Assembly: GCF_963921235.1 (NCBI RefSeq)
Contig: NC_086101.1
Coordinates: 110,112,001 to 110,176,000, forward strand
Direction of reading: 5' to 3'
Origin: Mobula hypostoma
Taxonomy: Eukaryota
Length of the DNA: 64,000 nt
Shown here piece by piece: positions 22,601-35,804 of the stretch; positions within the stretch are counted from its first letter, which is position 1, and the number at the start of each line of letters is the position of its first letter. A program made the translations under genes and the position numbers. The notes below the pieces were generated by a model, which was given only the letters and a program-made list of their open reading frames with translations, was not told the DNA's origin and made no database searches.

Positions 22601-24836
22601 TCCCCCACACTTGTGGCACCAGAGACCCAGATTCAAACCCCACCTCCGGTGCTACCTTTCTCTGTGTGGAATTTGCATGTTCTCTCTGTGACTGCATCAG
22701 TTCCAACCCCCCACCCCCCACAAACCCCCTTGTTTTCTGGTTTCCTCCCACATTCCAATGATGTATGGGGCCGGTTTGTTAACTGGCTGTCGTAAATTGC
22801 CCTGCGTGTGCGGGTAATGGTGAGAGAACATGGGAGGAAGAGGGCAGATGGGGAATATGTGAGGGGAAAATTAGTTTCATAAGTGGAGGAGTGGAATTGT
22901 TCTGAGGGGCTGCAGAGCCTTGATGAGCCAAATGTCAGTACAGAATAAAAGTGACAAATCACCTCATAGCTAAAGGGAGGATGTAGGAGTTTTGAGCTTA
23001 TGAACAACCTAACTCTAACACAACGAGCGTCAGCACCCTGCACCCCTCCTGTGCAGCTCAATTGCAGCTGGAGCAGTTGCGGTTAGTTCTGCAATACAAA
23101 TATTTGTGTAATAAATGGGAAGTCACGTATTTAGGGTAAAGCAACGGGAAGTGGACATGAAATTCTACAGCTGTTGGAAATCTTGAGCAACATGCACCAA
23201 ACATTGGAGGAACGCAGCAGGTCAGGCAGCACCTATGGAGAGGATTAAACAGTTGATGTTCTAGGTTGAGACCCTTCATCAGGACTGGAAAGGAAGGGGG
23301 CAGAAGCCAGAGTAAGAAGGTGGGGGCACAGGGAAGGAGTACAAGCTGGCAGGTGATAGTTGAGACCAGGCAGGGGAAAGGGATGGCAGGTTGATCATTC
23401 CTGGTAATTACTCACCCCCCTCCCCCTTCTCTCTGTTTCCATTCTTCATTCTAGGCACCCTTTCTTCCCTTCTCTTCTCCTTACCTGCCCATCCCCTCCC
23501 TCTGGTTCTCTGCCTCATTCCCTTTCTCCCACAGTCCACTGGACCTCCTTTGGGATTCCTCCTTCTTCAGTCCTTTACCTCTCCCTCCTATCCTTCCCTC
23601 ACATCATCACACTTTCCCCACCCACTCACCTTCCTCCCCACCAGGGTCTCACTTATCACCTGCCAGGTTGTACTACCCCCTCCCCCACATTATTCTGACT
23701 TCTGCCCTCTTCCTTTCCAGTCCCAATGAAGGGTTTCAGCTTGAAACATCAACAGTTTATTCCCCTCCATAGATGCTGCCTGACTTGCTGAGTTTCTCCA
23801 GAGTTTTGTGTGCGTTGCTCTGGAAGTAGGTGAGTTGAACAGATCACAGGTTGAGAATGGAATAAATTTCTTTCAGGGTCTCTCTCATTCCACAGCTGGA
23901 TGCAGCCCCACTTCCGACAGATGGATGGAGAGAAGCGGAAAGAGAGAGAAAGGTGGGGGGAGAGGGAAAGGAACACAACGAGAGAACAGGGCAGAGTTAG
24001 ATAGGGAGATGGAGATAAAGAACAAGTGAGCAAGATGGGAGGGAGACAAAGAGAGAATGAGAGATTGGGGAGTGAAAGAGAAAGAGGAAGCAAGGGAGAG
24101 AACAAGAGCAAGCAAGTCATGAGATGGCAAGAGAGAGATGAAGTTCCTCAAACAGAATTGAAAGGAAGATTAATGATACCGGAGGAGATCACTTGGCCCA
24201 TTGTATTCATGCCAGCCAACGTGCCTCATCCCAGCTCTCAGCACTGGATCTGTAGCCCCACCCCACCCCCCAGAGGTCACAATTCCTCAAGCACACTCTG
24301 TAATTGTGACAGTTGTCTCCTTCTCCACCAATTCCTCGAGTACACTTTGTAATCCTTCTCCACCAATTGCTGAGGCTGTGAGTCTCAGAGCCCCAGCACC
24401 CTCTGGTGTGGAGCACATCTCCCTCCACCACCATCACCAATCACTTTAATCTCCTGCACTCTGAGGGTTCATTCCTCTTTGGACCTGTTTCTGTGAGATA
24501 GTGCTCTATGACTCTATGTTGTTGAAACTAGGGATCAGCAGGTCCCCCTCAGAGGTATTTCAATTCTCCCCCACCCACAGACGCCAAATGCGCCGTCAGC
24601 CCAGTTCCCGCGACAAAACATCTCAGAGGGTTGAACAGGGATGTCGGCGTAGTTTCAGACAGGATGAGTTAGCCAACAAGGCTCTACAACCCATGGGGTA
24701 GAGCAGGTGTTAACAATGACCTCTCAGAATTGTCCAGGAAGTCCAAGCTTCCACAGACGAGCATGAGAGAAGCTGAAACCCTGCCCAGTATTCACCATCT
24801 CCGAACTTATTTTCTTCCTTGTCTGTCTCTCGACAG

Positions 24837-24864
24837 GGAATATAAAGAAAGAAAACCACAATCC
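24837..24864 (+). CDS. Exon 6: 28-nt cytoplasmic micro-exon (GNIKKENHN-P)
   Basis: Long polypyrimidine tract (ttttcttccttgtctgtctctcgacag), donor gtgagt at 24865; phase 1 to 2, compatible with exons 5 and 7. Confidence 0.75.
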
Positions 24865-24920
24865 GTGAGTATACAGTATTAATACCCTGTTTTATTGGCT
24901 CAACACTGCTGTATTATTTG

Positions 24921-25462
24921 CACTCAGTGGCCTCTGTATTAGGGACACCTGTACACTTGTCATTAATGCAAATAGTTAATCAGCCAATCATGTGGCAGCA
25001 ACCTAATGTGTAAAGCATGCAGATATGGTCAAGAGGTTCAGTTGTTGTTCAGATCGAGTATCAGAATGGGGGAGATATGTGATCTAAGTGACTCTGACTG
25101 TGGGATGATTGTTGGTGTCTAACAGGGTGGTTTGAGTATTTCAGAAGCTACTGTTCTCATGGGATCTTCACACACACCAATCTCTAGACTTTACAGAGAA
25201 TGGTGTAGAAAAACAAAAAAAAAACATCCAGGGAACAGCTGTCCTGTTGGTAAAAATGTGCTGTTAATGAGAGAGGTCAGAGGAGAATGTTTCAAGCTGG
25301 CAGGAAGATGCCAGTGTGTTAAATAACCACATGTTACAACAGTGGTGTGTAGGAACTCACCTCTGAATGCACAACACATCGAACACTGAAGTGGATGGGC
25401 TGCAGCACAGAAGACCACCAACATTAGGTACCTTCTGTACCTAACAAAGTGGCCACAGAGTG
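24921..25462 (+). mobile_element. Tc1/mariner-like MITE
   Basis: TIRs cactcagtggcc..tattagg / cctaacaaagtggccacagagtg followed by TA. Confidence 0.75.
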
Positions 25463-25779
25463 TAATTAACTGAGCTACTGACAGTGCAGTTTCACTACCT
25501 AACACTTAACACAGCATAAGCTACAATAGCTTCCTGCTTCTCTCATGCTCATCTGTGGAAGCTTGGGCTTCCTGGACAATTCTGAGGTGTCACTGTTGGT
25601 GCCCGCACTACCCATGGCTTGCAAAATCTTATTGCCAAAGTTATCATGCGTGAGTCCCTGTGGATCTCCTTGTTCCATCCTCTGATTTCCTCCAGTAGAT
25701 GGTTTGTTGTGGGAACTGGGCAGGTGGGGGACCCGGAGCCCTTGGGCAGGAGGGAATCAAACCCTCTCTCAGGTGCAAC

Positions 25780-28700
25780 AGCATAGGGTCATACAGCACT
25801 ACAGCACAGGAACAGGCCCTTCGACCTGTCTAATCCATACCAAACTATTATTCTATCTGGTCCCATCGACCCACACCTTGACCTTAGCCCTCCATACCCC
25901 TCTCAACTGTGTACTCATCCCAATTTCTCTTAAGTGCTGAAATTAAAGCTGGCAGCTCGTTCCACACTCGCACTACCCTCTGGGTGAAGAAGTTTCCCCT
26001 CAAGTACCCCTTAAATCTTTCACCCTTAACCCATGACCTTCAGTTCTGTGGAAAAAGCATGCCTGGATTTACCTTGTCTACATTCCTCATACCTTGAGCA
26101 AGGCACTTAATCACACAGTGCTCTGCGACGACACTGGTGCCAAGCTGTATGGGTCCTAATGCCCTTCCCTTGGACAACATTGGTGTCATGGAGAGGGGAG
26201 ACTTGCAGCATGGGCAACTGGTAGTCTTCCATACAACCTTGCCCAGGCCTGCGCCCTGGAGAGTGAGAACTTTCCAGGCGCAGATCCATGGTCTCGCAAG
26301 ACCAATGGATTCCTTATAGTTTTGTTGTATCTCCTCTTCAAATTCTACATTCCAAGGAATAAAGTCCTAATGTGTTCAATCTTTTCTTATAGCTGATGTT
26401 CTCCAGACCTAACAAATTTTCTCTGTACTCTTTTAACCTTGTTTACATTTTTCCTGTAGGAAGGTGACCAAAACTGCACTCAATATTCCAAATTAGGCCT
26501 CACCAACATCTGATACAACTTCGACATAACATCCCTGTACTCAGTACTTTGATTTATGAAGGCTAATGTGTCAAAAGCTCCCTTTATGACCCTATCTGCC
26601 CGTGACATCACTTTCAATGAATTATGTACCTGTATTCCCAGATCCCTTTGTTCTACTACACTCCTCAGTGCCCTTCCGTTCCTGTGTAAGACCTATCCTG
26701 GTTGGTCCTATTAAAGTGCACTTCTCTGCATTAAATTCCATCTGCCATTTTTCAGGCTATTTTGCCAGCTGGTTCAGATCAGCTGCAAGCTCTGATAATT
26801 TTCCTCGCTGCCCACTGCACCCCCAATCTTGGTGTCATCCACAAATTTGCTGATCCAGTTAACCATATTATCCTCCAGATCATTGATATAGATGACAAAC
26901 AACAATGCACCCAGCATCACTACCTCCACTAGTTACAGGCCTCCAGTCAGACAGGCAACCATCTACTACCACTCTCTGGCTTCTCCCACAAAGTCAACGT
27001 CTAATCCAATCTACTACCTCATCATCGATGCCAAACAACTGAGCTTTCATGACCAACCCCACATGTAGGACCTTGTCAAATGCATTGCTAAAGTCCATCC
27101 ACTGTCTTGCCTTCATGAGCTTCCTGGTAATTTCTTCAAATACTCTATAAGATTGGGTAGACATGACACACCATGTACAAAGCCATGCTGACTATCTCAA
27201 CCAGTCCAAATCTATCCAAATACTTATATACCCAGTCTCTTAGAATACCTTCCAATAGCTTCCCCACTACTGATCTCAGGCTCACTGGCATACAATTTCC
27301 TGGTTTATTTTTGGAGACTTTCTTAACCAGCAGAACAACATTAGCTATCCCCCGATCCTCTGGTACCTCACCTGCCACTAAGGATGATTTAAATATCTCT
27401 GCTAGGGCTCCTGAAATTTCTGCACTTGCCTCCCACAGGAACACCTTATCAGGCCCTGAGGATTTAGCCACCCCAATTTGCCTCAAGACAGCAAACACCT
27501 TCTCCTCTGTAACCTGTGTTGGGTCCATGACTTTGCTGCTGCTTTGCCTCACTGTTATAGATTCTGTGTCTGCCTATTGAGTAAATACAGTGGCAAAAAA
27601 ATCAGTTTGAGATCTCCTCCATCTCTTTTGGCTCCACATATAGATTACCATTCTGATCTTCCAGAGGACCAATTTTGTCCCTTGCTATTCTTTTGTTATT
27701 AACATATCTGTAGAATCCCTTAGGATTTGCATTCACCTTGTCTGCCAGGGCAGCCTCATGCCTTCTTTCAGCCCTCCTGATTTCTTTCTTAAAGGTTCTC
27801 TTGCTTTTCTTATACTCCATAAATACCTCATTTGTTCTTATCTGCCTATACCTGCTATGCACCTCCTTTTATTCTTAACCAGATTCCCAATATCTCCAGA
27901 AAACCAAGGTACCCTAACCCTATTATTTTCACATTTTTAATATGACAGGCACAAGCAAGCTTTGTACTCTCAAAGTTTCACATTTGAGGGCCTCCCACTT
28001 AACAAGTACACATTTGCCAGAAAACCACCTGTCCTAATTCACACTTGCCAGATCCTTTCTGATACCATCAAAATTGGGCTTTCTCCAATTTAGAATCCCA
28101 GCCTGTGGATCAGACATATCTTTTCCCATATTTAGATTATGATCACTAGTTACAAAGTGTTCCCCCACACAAACATCTGACACTCGCATTGTCTCATTTT
28201 ATAATCGGNNNNNNNNNNNNNNNNNNNNNNNNNNNNNNNNNNNNNNNNNNNNNNNNNNNNNNNNNNNNNNNNNNNNNNNNNNNNNNNNNNNNNNNNNNNN
28301 NNNNNNNNNNNNNNNNNNNNNNNNNNNNNNNNNNNNNNNNNNNNNNNNNNNNNNNNNNNNNNNNNNNNNNNNNNNNNNNNNNNNNNNNNNGGAAACTTTT
28401 CTGAACACATTTGACAGACTCTTTCCCATCTAGTACTTTTACAGTATGGGAGTCCCAGTCAATATGTGGAAAGTTACTATTTCCACTGTAACAGACTTGT
28501 ATTTCTTGCAACAATCTGTAATCATTATCCAGATTTGTTCTTCTAAATCCCATGGACTGTTGGCTACTCTATAGTTGAGCACTATTAACGTGGTCATACC
28601 TTTCTTATTCCTCAATTCCACCCATAAAGCCTCTTTAGATGAGTTCTCAAGACTGTCCTGACTAAGCACTGCAGTGACACTTCCTAGTACCACCGCCCCT

Positions 28701-29760
28701 CCCCATTTAATCCCTTCTGCTCTTAAAATATTGGAACCCCAGAATACTGAGCTGCTGGTTCTGCCCCCCCCCCCCATAATCAAGTCTCACTAATAGCTAC
28801 AATATCACAATTCTATGTGTTGATCCATGCCCTGAGCTCATCTGCCTTTCCTACAATACTTCTTGCATTGAAATATACACAGCTCATGACACTAGTTACA
28901 CCATGCTCAACCTTCTAATTCCTGACTTGTCTGAGGTCTTACCAAAATCTAGCTCCACAAACTCTCCACGATCTGTTCTGGACCTCCAGGTCCCATCCCC
29001 CTGCAACTCTAGTTTAAACCCCACCATGTAGCACGAGCAAACCTTCCAGCTGGGATATTAGTCCCCCTCTACTTCAGATGCAAACCATCTCTTCTGTACA
29101 GATCCTAACTTCACTGGAAAAGCGCCCAGTTATCCAAAAGTGTGATGCCTTCCCTCCTACACTAACTCCTCAGCCACATGTTAAAATGTATGATCTTCCT
29201 ACTTCTGGCCTCAATAGAGTGTGGCACAGGTAGCAATCCTGAGCTCACAACCCTGCAGATCCTGCCCTTTGACTTAGCACCTAGCTCTCTGAACGGACTT
29301 TGCAGGACCTCATCATTGGTACCTACATGGACCATGATCTCCAGCTACCCACCCTCCCACTTAAGAATGCTGAGGACTCAATCCAAGATATCCCGGACCA
29401 TGGCACCTGGGATGCAATATAGTATTCAAGAATCTCATTCTTGTCTACAAAGCCTCCTTCCTGTCCCCCTAACTACCAAATCCCCTATCACCACAGCTCA
29501 CTTCTCTCCCTTTCCCTTCTGAGTCACAGGGCCAGACTCTGCTAGGTCATTTCCTCCGTGCCCCAACAGTATCCAAAGTTGAGGAGTATGGCCACAGGGG
29601 TATTCTGCACTGGTTCTTTAACCCCTTTTCCTTTCCTGACTGTCACTCATTCTCACGTGCGCAATACCTTGGGTGTAACTCCCTCTCTATATGCCCTACC
29701 TATCAGCCCCTCAGTTTCCCGGATGATCCAGAGTTCACTCAGTTCCAGCTCCAACTCCTT
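25780..29760 (-). mobile_element. Decayed CR1 LINE(s) spanning the assembly gap
   Basis: 3' end at ~25800, RT at 26300-27600, EN at 28400-28900, ORF1 remnants at 29100-29760. Confidence 0.8.
28209..28390. other. Assembly gap (182 N)
   Basis: N run inside a decayed CR1 in intron 6. Confidence 1.
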
Positions 29761-31359
29761 AACAGGGAGTGTTAGAAGCTGCAGCTGAACGAGGAGAGAT
29801 TGAGTGAACTAGGGTTTTCCTCTTTGGAGTGAAGGAGAATGAGAGCTGATTTGACAGAGTCGTACAAGATGATAAGAGGTGTGAATAGATTAAATATCCA
29901 ATCAGTTTTTCCCAGGACAGAAATTGCTAATACAAAGGGGCAAAATTTCAAGGTGATTGGGAGAAAGTATGGAAGAGATGTCAGCTGTATGTTCTTTACA
30001 CAGAGTGTGGTGGGTGCATGGAACATGCCATGCCTGGGGCGGTTGTAGAGGCAGATACATTAGGGGTTTTTAGGAGACTGTCAGATAGGGACACTAATGA
30101 TAGTAAAATGGAGGGTTATGTAGAAGGAAGGACTTAGATTGCTCTTAGTCTAAGTTAAAAGGTCAGCACAAAAGCGTGGACTGTGCTGTAATATTTTATT
30201 TTTATGTATTAAGTAATGTCAAACATCATTGTCTATAGTTAGGTATGTCACATTTTAACTGTAGTGGTGTCATATTTCAGGGAAGTATGTCCTTTGACCC
30301 AAATGCCTGCATTTGGTGCATTTCCTTCTCAACAGTTTCCATCCATGTACCCGTCCTATGTCTTTATCCTGCCCGCCTCAACTACTTGATCCTTATATGC
30401 ACCACCCTCTGCATGAAGAAATTGTCCCTCGGGTCCCTCATAATTTTTCAAAAATATTTTTGAGGTACTGCACAGTAACAAGCTCTTCTGGTCCAATGAG
30501 CCCATGCAACCCAATTGCATCCATCTGACCAAATAACCCACTAACCTGTAAGTCTTTGGGAAGTGGAAGGAAACTGGAGCACCTGGAGGAAACCCCTGTG
30601 GTTACTGTAAGAAAGTACAAACTTCTTACAGACAACAGCAGGAGTTGAACACAAGTTACTGGCATAATAATATGGTAACTGCTACGTTGCAGTCCACCTG
30701 GTGAATACCTTTCCCCTCTCATCTTAAATCTATGCCCTCTATTTTTCAATTCCCTTTCCCAAGGAGTATGTGAAACTGTGCATTCACCCTATCTATGCCT
30801 CTACCAAATTTCCTCTCATTCTCCTACGTTACAGCCTGCCCATCCTTTCCTGGCAATATTTTCATAAAATCTTCTTTGCACTCTTTCCTGCTTAATTTCT
30901 GAGAGCAGGAGTGACCAAATCATACACAATACTCCTACACACGGGCTCACCAATGACTTGTATAACTGAAACATTACATTTCAAGTCCTATACTCAGTGT
31001 CCTGTCTGATAAAGGCTAGCCTGCCAAATGCCTTCTTAACCAATCTACCTGTGACGTCACTTTGAGCGAACTATGTGTTTGTGCTCCTGGCTCCCACTGT
31101 TCTACAACATCTTCCAGATGCCTACCATTCTTTGTGAATGTTCTTCCTTGTCCTACTCAGAATTTCTGAATTAAACACCATTTGCCACTCCTCCGCCCAA
31201 TTTCCTGGATGATCAACACCTGCCTGTAATTTTGATAGCTGCCTTCACTCTCTACAATATCACCTATAGACTTGCTAACAATCTGCTGGGGGTTCTAATG
31301 GGTCAAGCAACATCTGTGGGAGGAAATGAGTTGTCTGCATTTTGCATCGAAACTCTACA

Positions 31360-32405
31360 GGAATCAGAATCGGAATCAGGTTTAATATCACTGACATGTC
31401 GTGAAATTTGTTGTTATGTAACATAATAATACAATGCAATACATAATAAAAAGCTGTAAATTACAGTATTTTTATAAATATAGTACAAATAAGAGAAAAA
31501 AATGTAGTGAGGCAGTGTTCATGGATTCAATGTTCACTCTGATGGTAGAGGGGTTGAAGCTGTTCCTGAATTGTTAACTGTGTGCCTTCAGGCTCCTGTA
31601 CCTCCTCCATGATGATCACAATGAGAGGAGGGCATGTCCTGGGTGATAGCTGTCCTTGATAATGGATGCAGCCTTTTTGAGGCATCGCTCCTTGAAGATG
31701 TCCTGGATGCTGGGGAGGTTAGTGCCCATGATGGAGCTGACTGAGTTTACAGCTTGCTACAGTTTTTCCGATCCTGTGCATTGCGCACGCCCCCTGCCCT
31801 CATGCCAGACGGTGATGCAGCCAGTCAGAATGCTTTCCACTGTACATCTGCAGAAATTAGTGTGTGACTTTGGTGACATACCAAATCTCCTCAGACTCCA
31901 AATGAGGTATAGCCACTGTCATGCCTTCTTTGCAACTGTATTGGTAGGTTGGTTCCGGGACAGATCAACAGAGTTGTTGACACCCAGGAACTTGAAATTT
32001 CTCATTCTTTCCGTCTCTCATCCCTCTATGAGGACTGGTGTGTGTTCCTCATCTTACCCTTTCTGAAGTCTACAATCAGTTCTGTGATCTTACTGACGTT
32101 GAGTGCCCAGTGTTGCTGCAACAACCCTCAACCAGCTGATCCATCTTGCTCCCATACACCTTCTCATCATCATCTGAAATTATACCAACAATAGTTGAGT
32201 CATCAGCAAATTTATAGATGACATTTGAGCTTTGCCTAGCCACACAGTCGTGGGTATAGAGAGCGCAGAGCAGTGGGCTCCGCACACATCCTTGAAGTGT
32301 GCCAGTGTTGACCATCAGGGAGGTGGAGATGTTATTTCCGATCTGCCAGTGGTTTTCCAGTGAGGAAGATGAGGATCCAGTTGCAAAGGAAGGCATGGAG
32401 GCCTA
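31360..32405 (-). mobile_element. Rex1/Babar LINE 3' fragment
   Basis: NTGTLQGCVRSPLL, YKFADD; (ctgatt)n tail. Confidence 0.85.
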
Positions 32406-33351
32406 GATTTTGGAGTTTTTTGAGCATTCCTGCAGGACATGAAATGTTGACATTTCCTTCCATCCAGTTACATAGTTAGCTCTCCCTAGATTGCCTGCGA
32501 TGTAACCTTCCAGACTAGTCTTCCATGTGGTACCTTGACAAAGTCTTTGCTGAAACAACACCTCAACAACCCTCAAGGTTACCTCTTCAGAAACAGATTT
32601 GCGACACAAAATTCCCACAAACAAAGCCCTAATAGGCCTTTGTCTATCCAAATGCTGGTAGGCCTTGCCCCTCAGAATCCCCTCTATTAAATTACTGACA
32701 TTAACATTAGCTGACGTTGGACTCTGTGGCCAGTAGTCCCCGAAATGTCTTTGCTGTCCTTCTTAAATAATGTACAACACCAGACAACCTCCAGTCTTCC
32801 AGAACTTCTACTGTGGCTAAAGATGAAGCAAATATCTCTCAGCAAGGGCCTCTGCAATTTCTTCCCCAGCCTCCCACAAGGATTGAGGATGCACTTTGTA
32901 GGTTCCAAGATGGCTACAGTACTGGATAATAAACCACTGTTCTGTCATTGTATAAGGAGGCCACTTGACCAAGTGTGATATGATATCCCAGCTACTCCAT
33001 CCCTCTCCGTCCCTCTGCCCCCTCTGTTCCACTGTGGGAGGAAATGGTAGCACCCAGGGGAAATGCGTGTACATACAACATCATCAGCACTGGAAAGGAA
33101 GGGGAGGAGTCAAAATAAGAAGGTGAGGGGAAGGGATAAAGAAGTACAAGGAGGTAGGTGATAGGTGACTGGGAGATGGGGAGGGTGTGCAGGCATGGGT
33201 GGAAAAGAGTAAACAGTCGGTGTTTTGGGCTGAGACCTGAAAAGAATAAACAGTCAACATTTCGGGCTGAGGCTCATTCACTGCTTCAGTTGACAGTGAG
33301 GATGAACATTATATACCTTTTTCTTTATCAGTGAAGGGGTTTAAAGGAGTC

Positions 33352-33600
33352 TGGGGTGGCACGATAATGTAGTGGTTAGCATAATGCTATTACGGTGACA
33401 GCGACCTGGGTTCATTTCCCACTGCTGCCTGTAAGGAGTCTGTATATTCTCCCTGTGACTGCATTGGTTTCCTCTGAGTTCTCTGGTTTCCTCCCACACT
33501 CTAGAGATGTATTGGTTAGTAGGTTAATTGGTCATCTGGGTATAATTGGGCAGCGGGCCTCACTGGACAGGAAGAGTCTGTTTCTGTGATGTGTCTTTAT
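33352..33600 (+). mobile_element. tRNA-derived SINE (HE1-like)
   Basis: A/B-box-like head then ...ctccggtttcctcccaca... core; relatives at ~22600-22810 (+), 30500-30700, 42165-42345, 44375-44575, 48060-48180 (-). Confidence 0.7.
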
Positions 33601-33702
33601 ATAAAATAAAGTAAATGAAATGAACCAAGGGGTAACATTATGTGCCATGTGCCAACAATATTTTTGCACCTGCCATTGGTTCACCAACCCTGGTTGAACA
33701 TA

Positions 33703-34631
33703 CACTCAGTGGTCACTTTATTAGGTACAGGAATGGAACTCAACGTGGTCTTCCACTGCTGTAGCCCATCCACTTCAAAGTTTGACGTGTTGTGCCTTCA
33801 GAGATGCTCTTCTGCACACACGGTTGTGATGCCTGGTTTTCCAATTTACTATTGCCGTTCCATCAGCTTGAACCAGCCTGACCATTCTCCTCTGACCTCT
33901 CCCATTAACAAGATGCTTTCGCCCACAGAACTGCTGTTCACTGGATTTTTTTTTTTTGCTTTTAGCTTAATTTTCTGTAAATGCTTGAGACTGTTGTGTG
34001 TGGAAATCCCTCGAAATCAGCAGTTTCTGAGATACTCAAACCACCCCATCTGGCACCAAAATCATTCCATGGCCAAAGTCACTCAGATCACATTTCTTCC
34101 CCATTCTGATATTTGGTCTGAACAACAACTGAACCTCTTGACCATGTCCGCATGCTTGTATGCATTGAGTTGCTGCCACTTGATTGGCTGATTAAATATT
34201 TGCATTAAGAGCAGGTATATAGGCGTATGCTTTATGCTCTATGGAAAACTGCTCACCGCCATCTTCCCAGTGCCACAGGGTTGGATGTAGACCGTTGCTC
34301 TCCATATGCATCCTGTCCATTATCAATGGATGTATGGCTGTCACTTGCTTTCATAAGCAGATGTCCTGACTGTCTTGACATCAACTGAACCTCTTGACTA
34401 TGTAAACATGAGGAATTCTGCAGATGCTGGAATTTCAAGCAACACACATCAAAGTTGCTGGTGAACGCAGCAGGCCAGGCAGCATCTCTAGGAAGAGGTA
34501 CAGTCAACGTTTCGGGCTGAGACCCTCCGTGTGCTTTTATGCAATGAGTTGGCTAACATGTGATTGGCTGATTAGATAGCTGCATTAACGAGCAGGTCTA
34601 TGCATGTACCTAATGAAATGGCCACTGAATA
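33703..34631 (-). mobile_element. Tc1/mariner-like MITE, same family, opposite orientation, with internal insertions
   Basis: TA|cactcagtggtcactttattagg ... cctaatgaaatggccactgaata|TA; interior is the reverse complement of 24921-25462. Confidence 0.75.
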
Positions 34632-34686
34632 TATAAGCAAGCCCATATTGTTCCACATTTAATGTTATTCTTTCACTTTTTCACAG

Positions 34687-34733
34687 TGTGCCAGCTGTAG
34701 GTGGAGACAAGAACGTTCGTCAATGTCAGGAAG
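34687..34733 (+). CDS. Exon 7: 47-nt cytoplasmic exon (VPAVGGDKNVRQCQE)
   Basis: Acceptor tttcactttttcacag, donor gtacag at 34734; phase 2 to 1, open in the required frame. Confidence 0.7.
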
Positions 34734-35804
34734 GTACAGTGAGACCTTGTAACGTATTAATATTGGGGTTGGCGTTAACCAGATCTCAAAGTCTAAGTTG
34801 CTTTCTGATGGGTTAAGGGTGTGTTTATGCATTCCTCAGATTCCAGAAGATCAAACCCAGCAAAGGGCCACCAAACTTAGCTGCTCCCAATGTGGCCTCC
34901 TCTTAAATTGACAAGACCAAGGAGAAGACTGGATGACCGTGTTGTCAACACCCACGTTCAAACTGTAGTGGCCATCCGGGACTCCCAGATGCAGATTATT
35001 TCAACTCCACTTTCTTTTCCCACACTGACCTGTCCATCCTCAGCCTTCTCTTCTGCCAGGATGAACCTCTACACAAAATGGAGGAGTAACACCCCAGTAC
35101 CACCTGAATAGTCTACAAATCAATGGCAGGATCATTGAGTTTAGGTAGCCCCTTTTCTTACTTCCACTTCTCTCCTTCTATCCTTCAATCCTCCCACTTT
35201 TGTCCTCCTTACCACACTCACTACAACCCCTCCCCTCACCCGCCCACCTCATCATCCTCCCTCACCTGGTTGCTCTCCCTCCCTCCCCATCTTGTTCCAG
35301 ACACATACATCTCTCCCCTAATGGTCCCCATTTTCACCTACTTTCCTTATGAGAATCCATCATTGTGTTCCTGTTTTATGTTTTTGTTTATCCCCCCTAT
35401 CAGCTGCCTCCAACCTTCCCTCTGCTCTCCCCACACCTCACTCCATCGGGTTGATTCCCGCTCTTCTCTTTCTCTCTCTGTCATTCACCTGCCAATCCAT
35501 CGCCTCCGTCCCCACTCACCCTCCTACCCGGCACAGCATTCCCGTCATCTCACACTCCTCCTCAGTCCACCAATCACTTCGGAATCCCCTCTCACATTTC
35601 CCCTTCTCCTCATTATAATCGATCACCTCGCCTCGCCTCTCCTCTCCCTGTGCTCGAGCAGAATTTTGACCCCAAACGTTACTATTCCTTTCCTCCCACA
35701 GATGCTGCATGACCTGCTCAGTTACTCCGGCAGATTGCCTTGTGACCCACGTTACCCTCCCTCTAGCCCTCCCACACACCCCTGGCAAACCTTCTGGTCA
35801 AAAG

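Larger units (their letters stand above)
20155..23830. mobile_element. Several Penelope-derived short repeats (acacaaaatgctggaggaactcagcaggtcaggcagcatct... family)
   Basis: Copies at ~20155-20420, 20480-20560, 21380-21790, 23165-23380 and 23420-23830 (opposite strand); more at ~5210-5620, 33090-33290, 34405-34530, 35120-35740, 41495-42050, 42350-42520, 51355-51560. Confidence 0.65.

Noticed and set aside
23808-24352. Charged, low-complexity ORFs
   Set aside because: By-products of a GA-rich simple-sequence tract.
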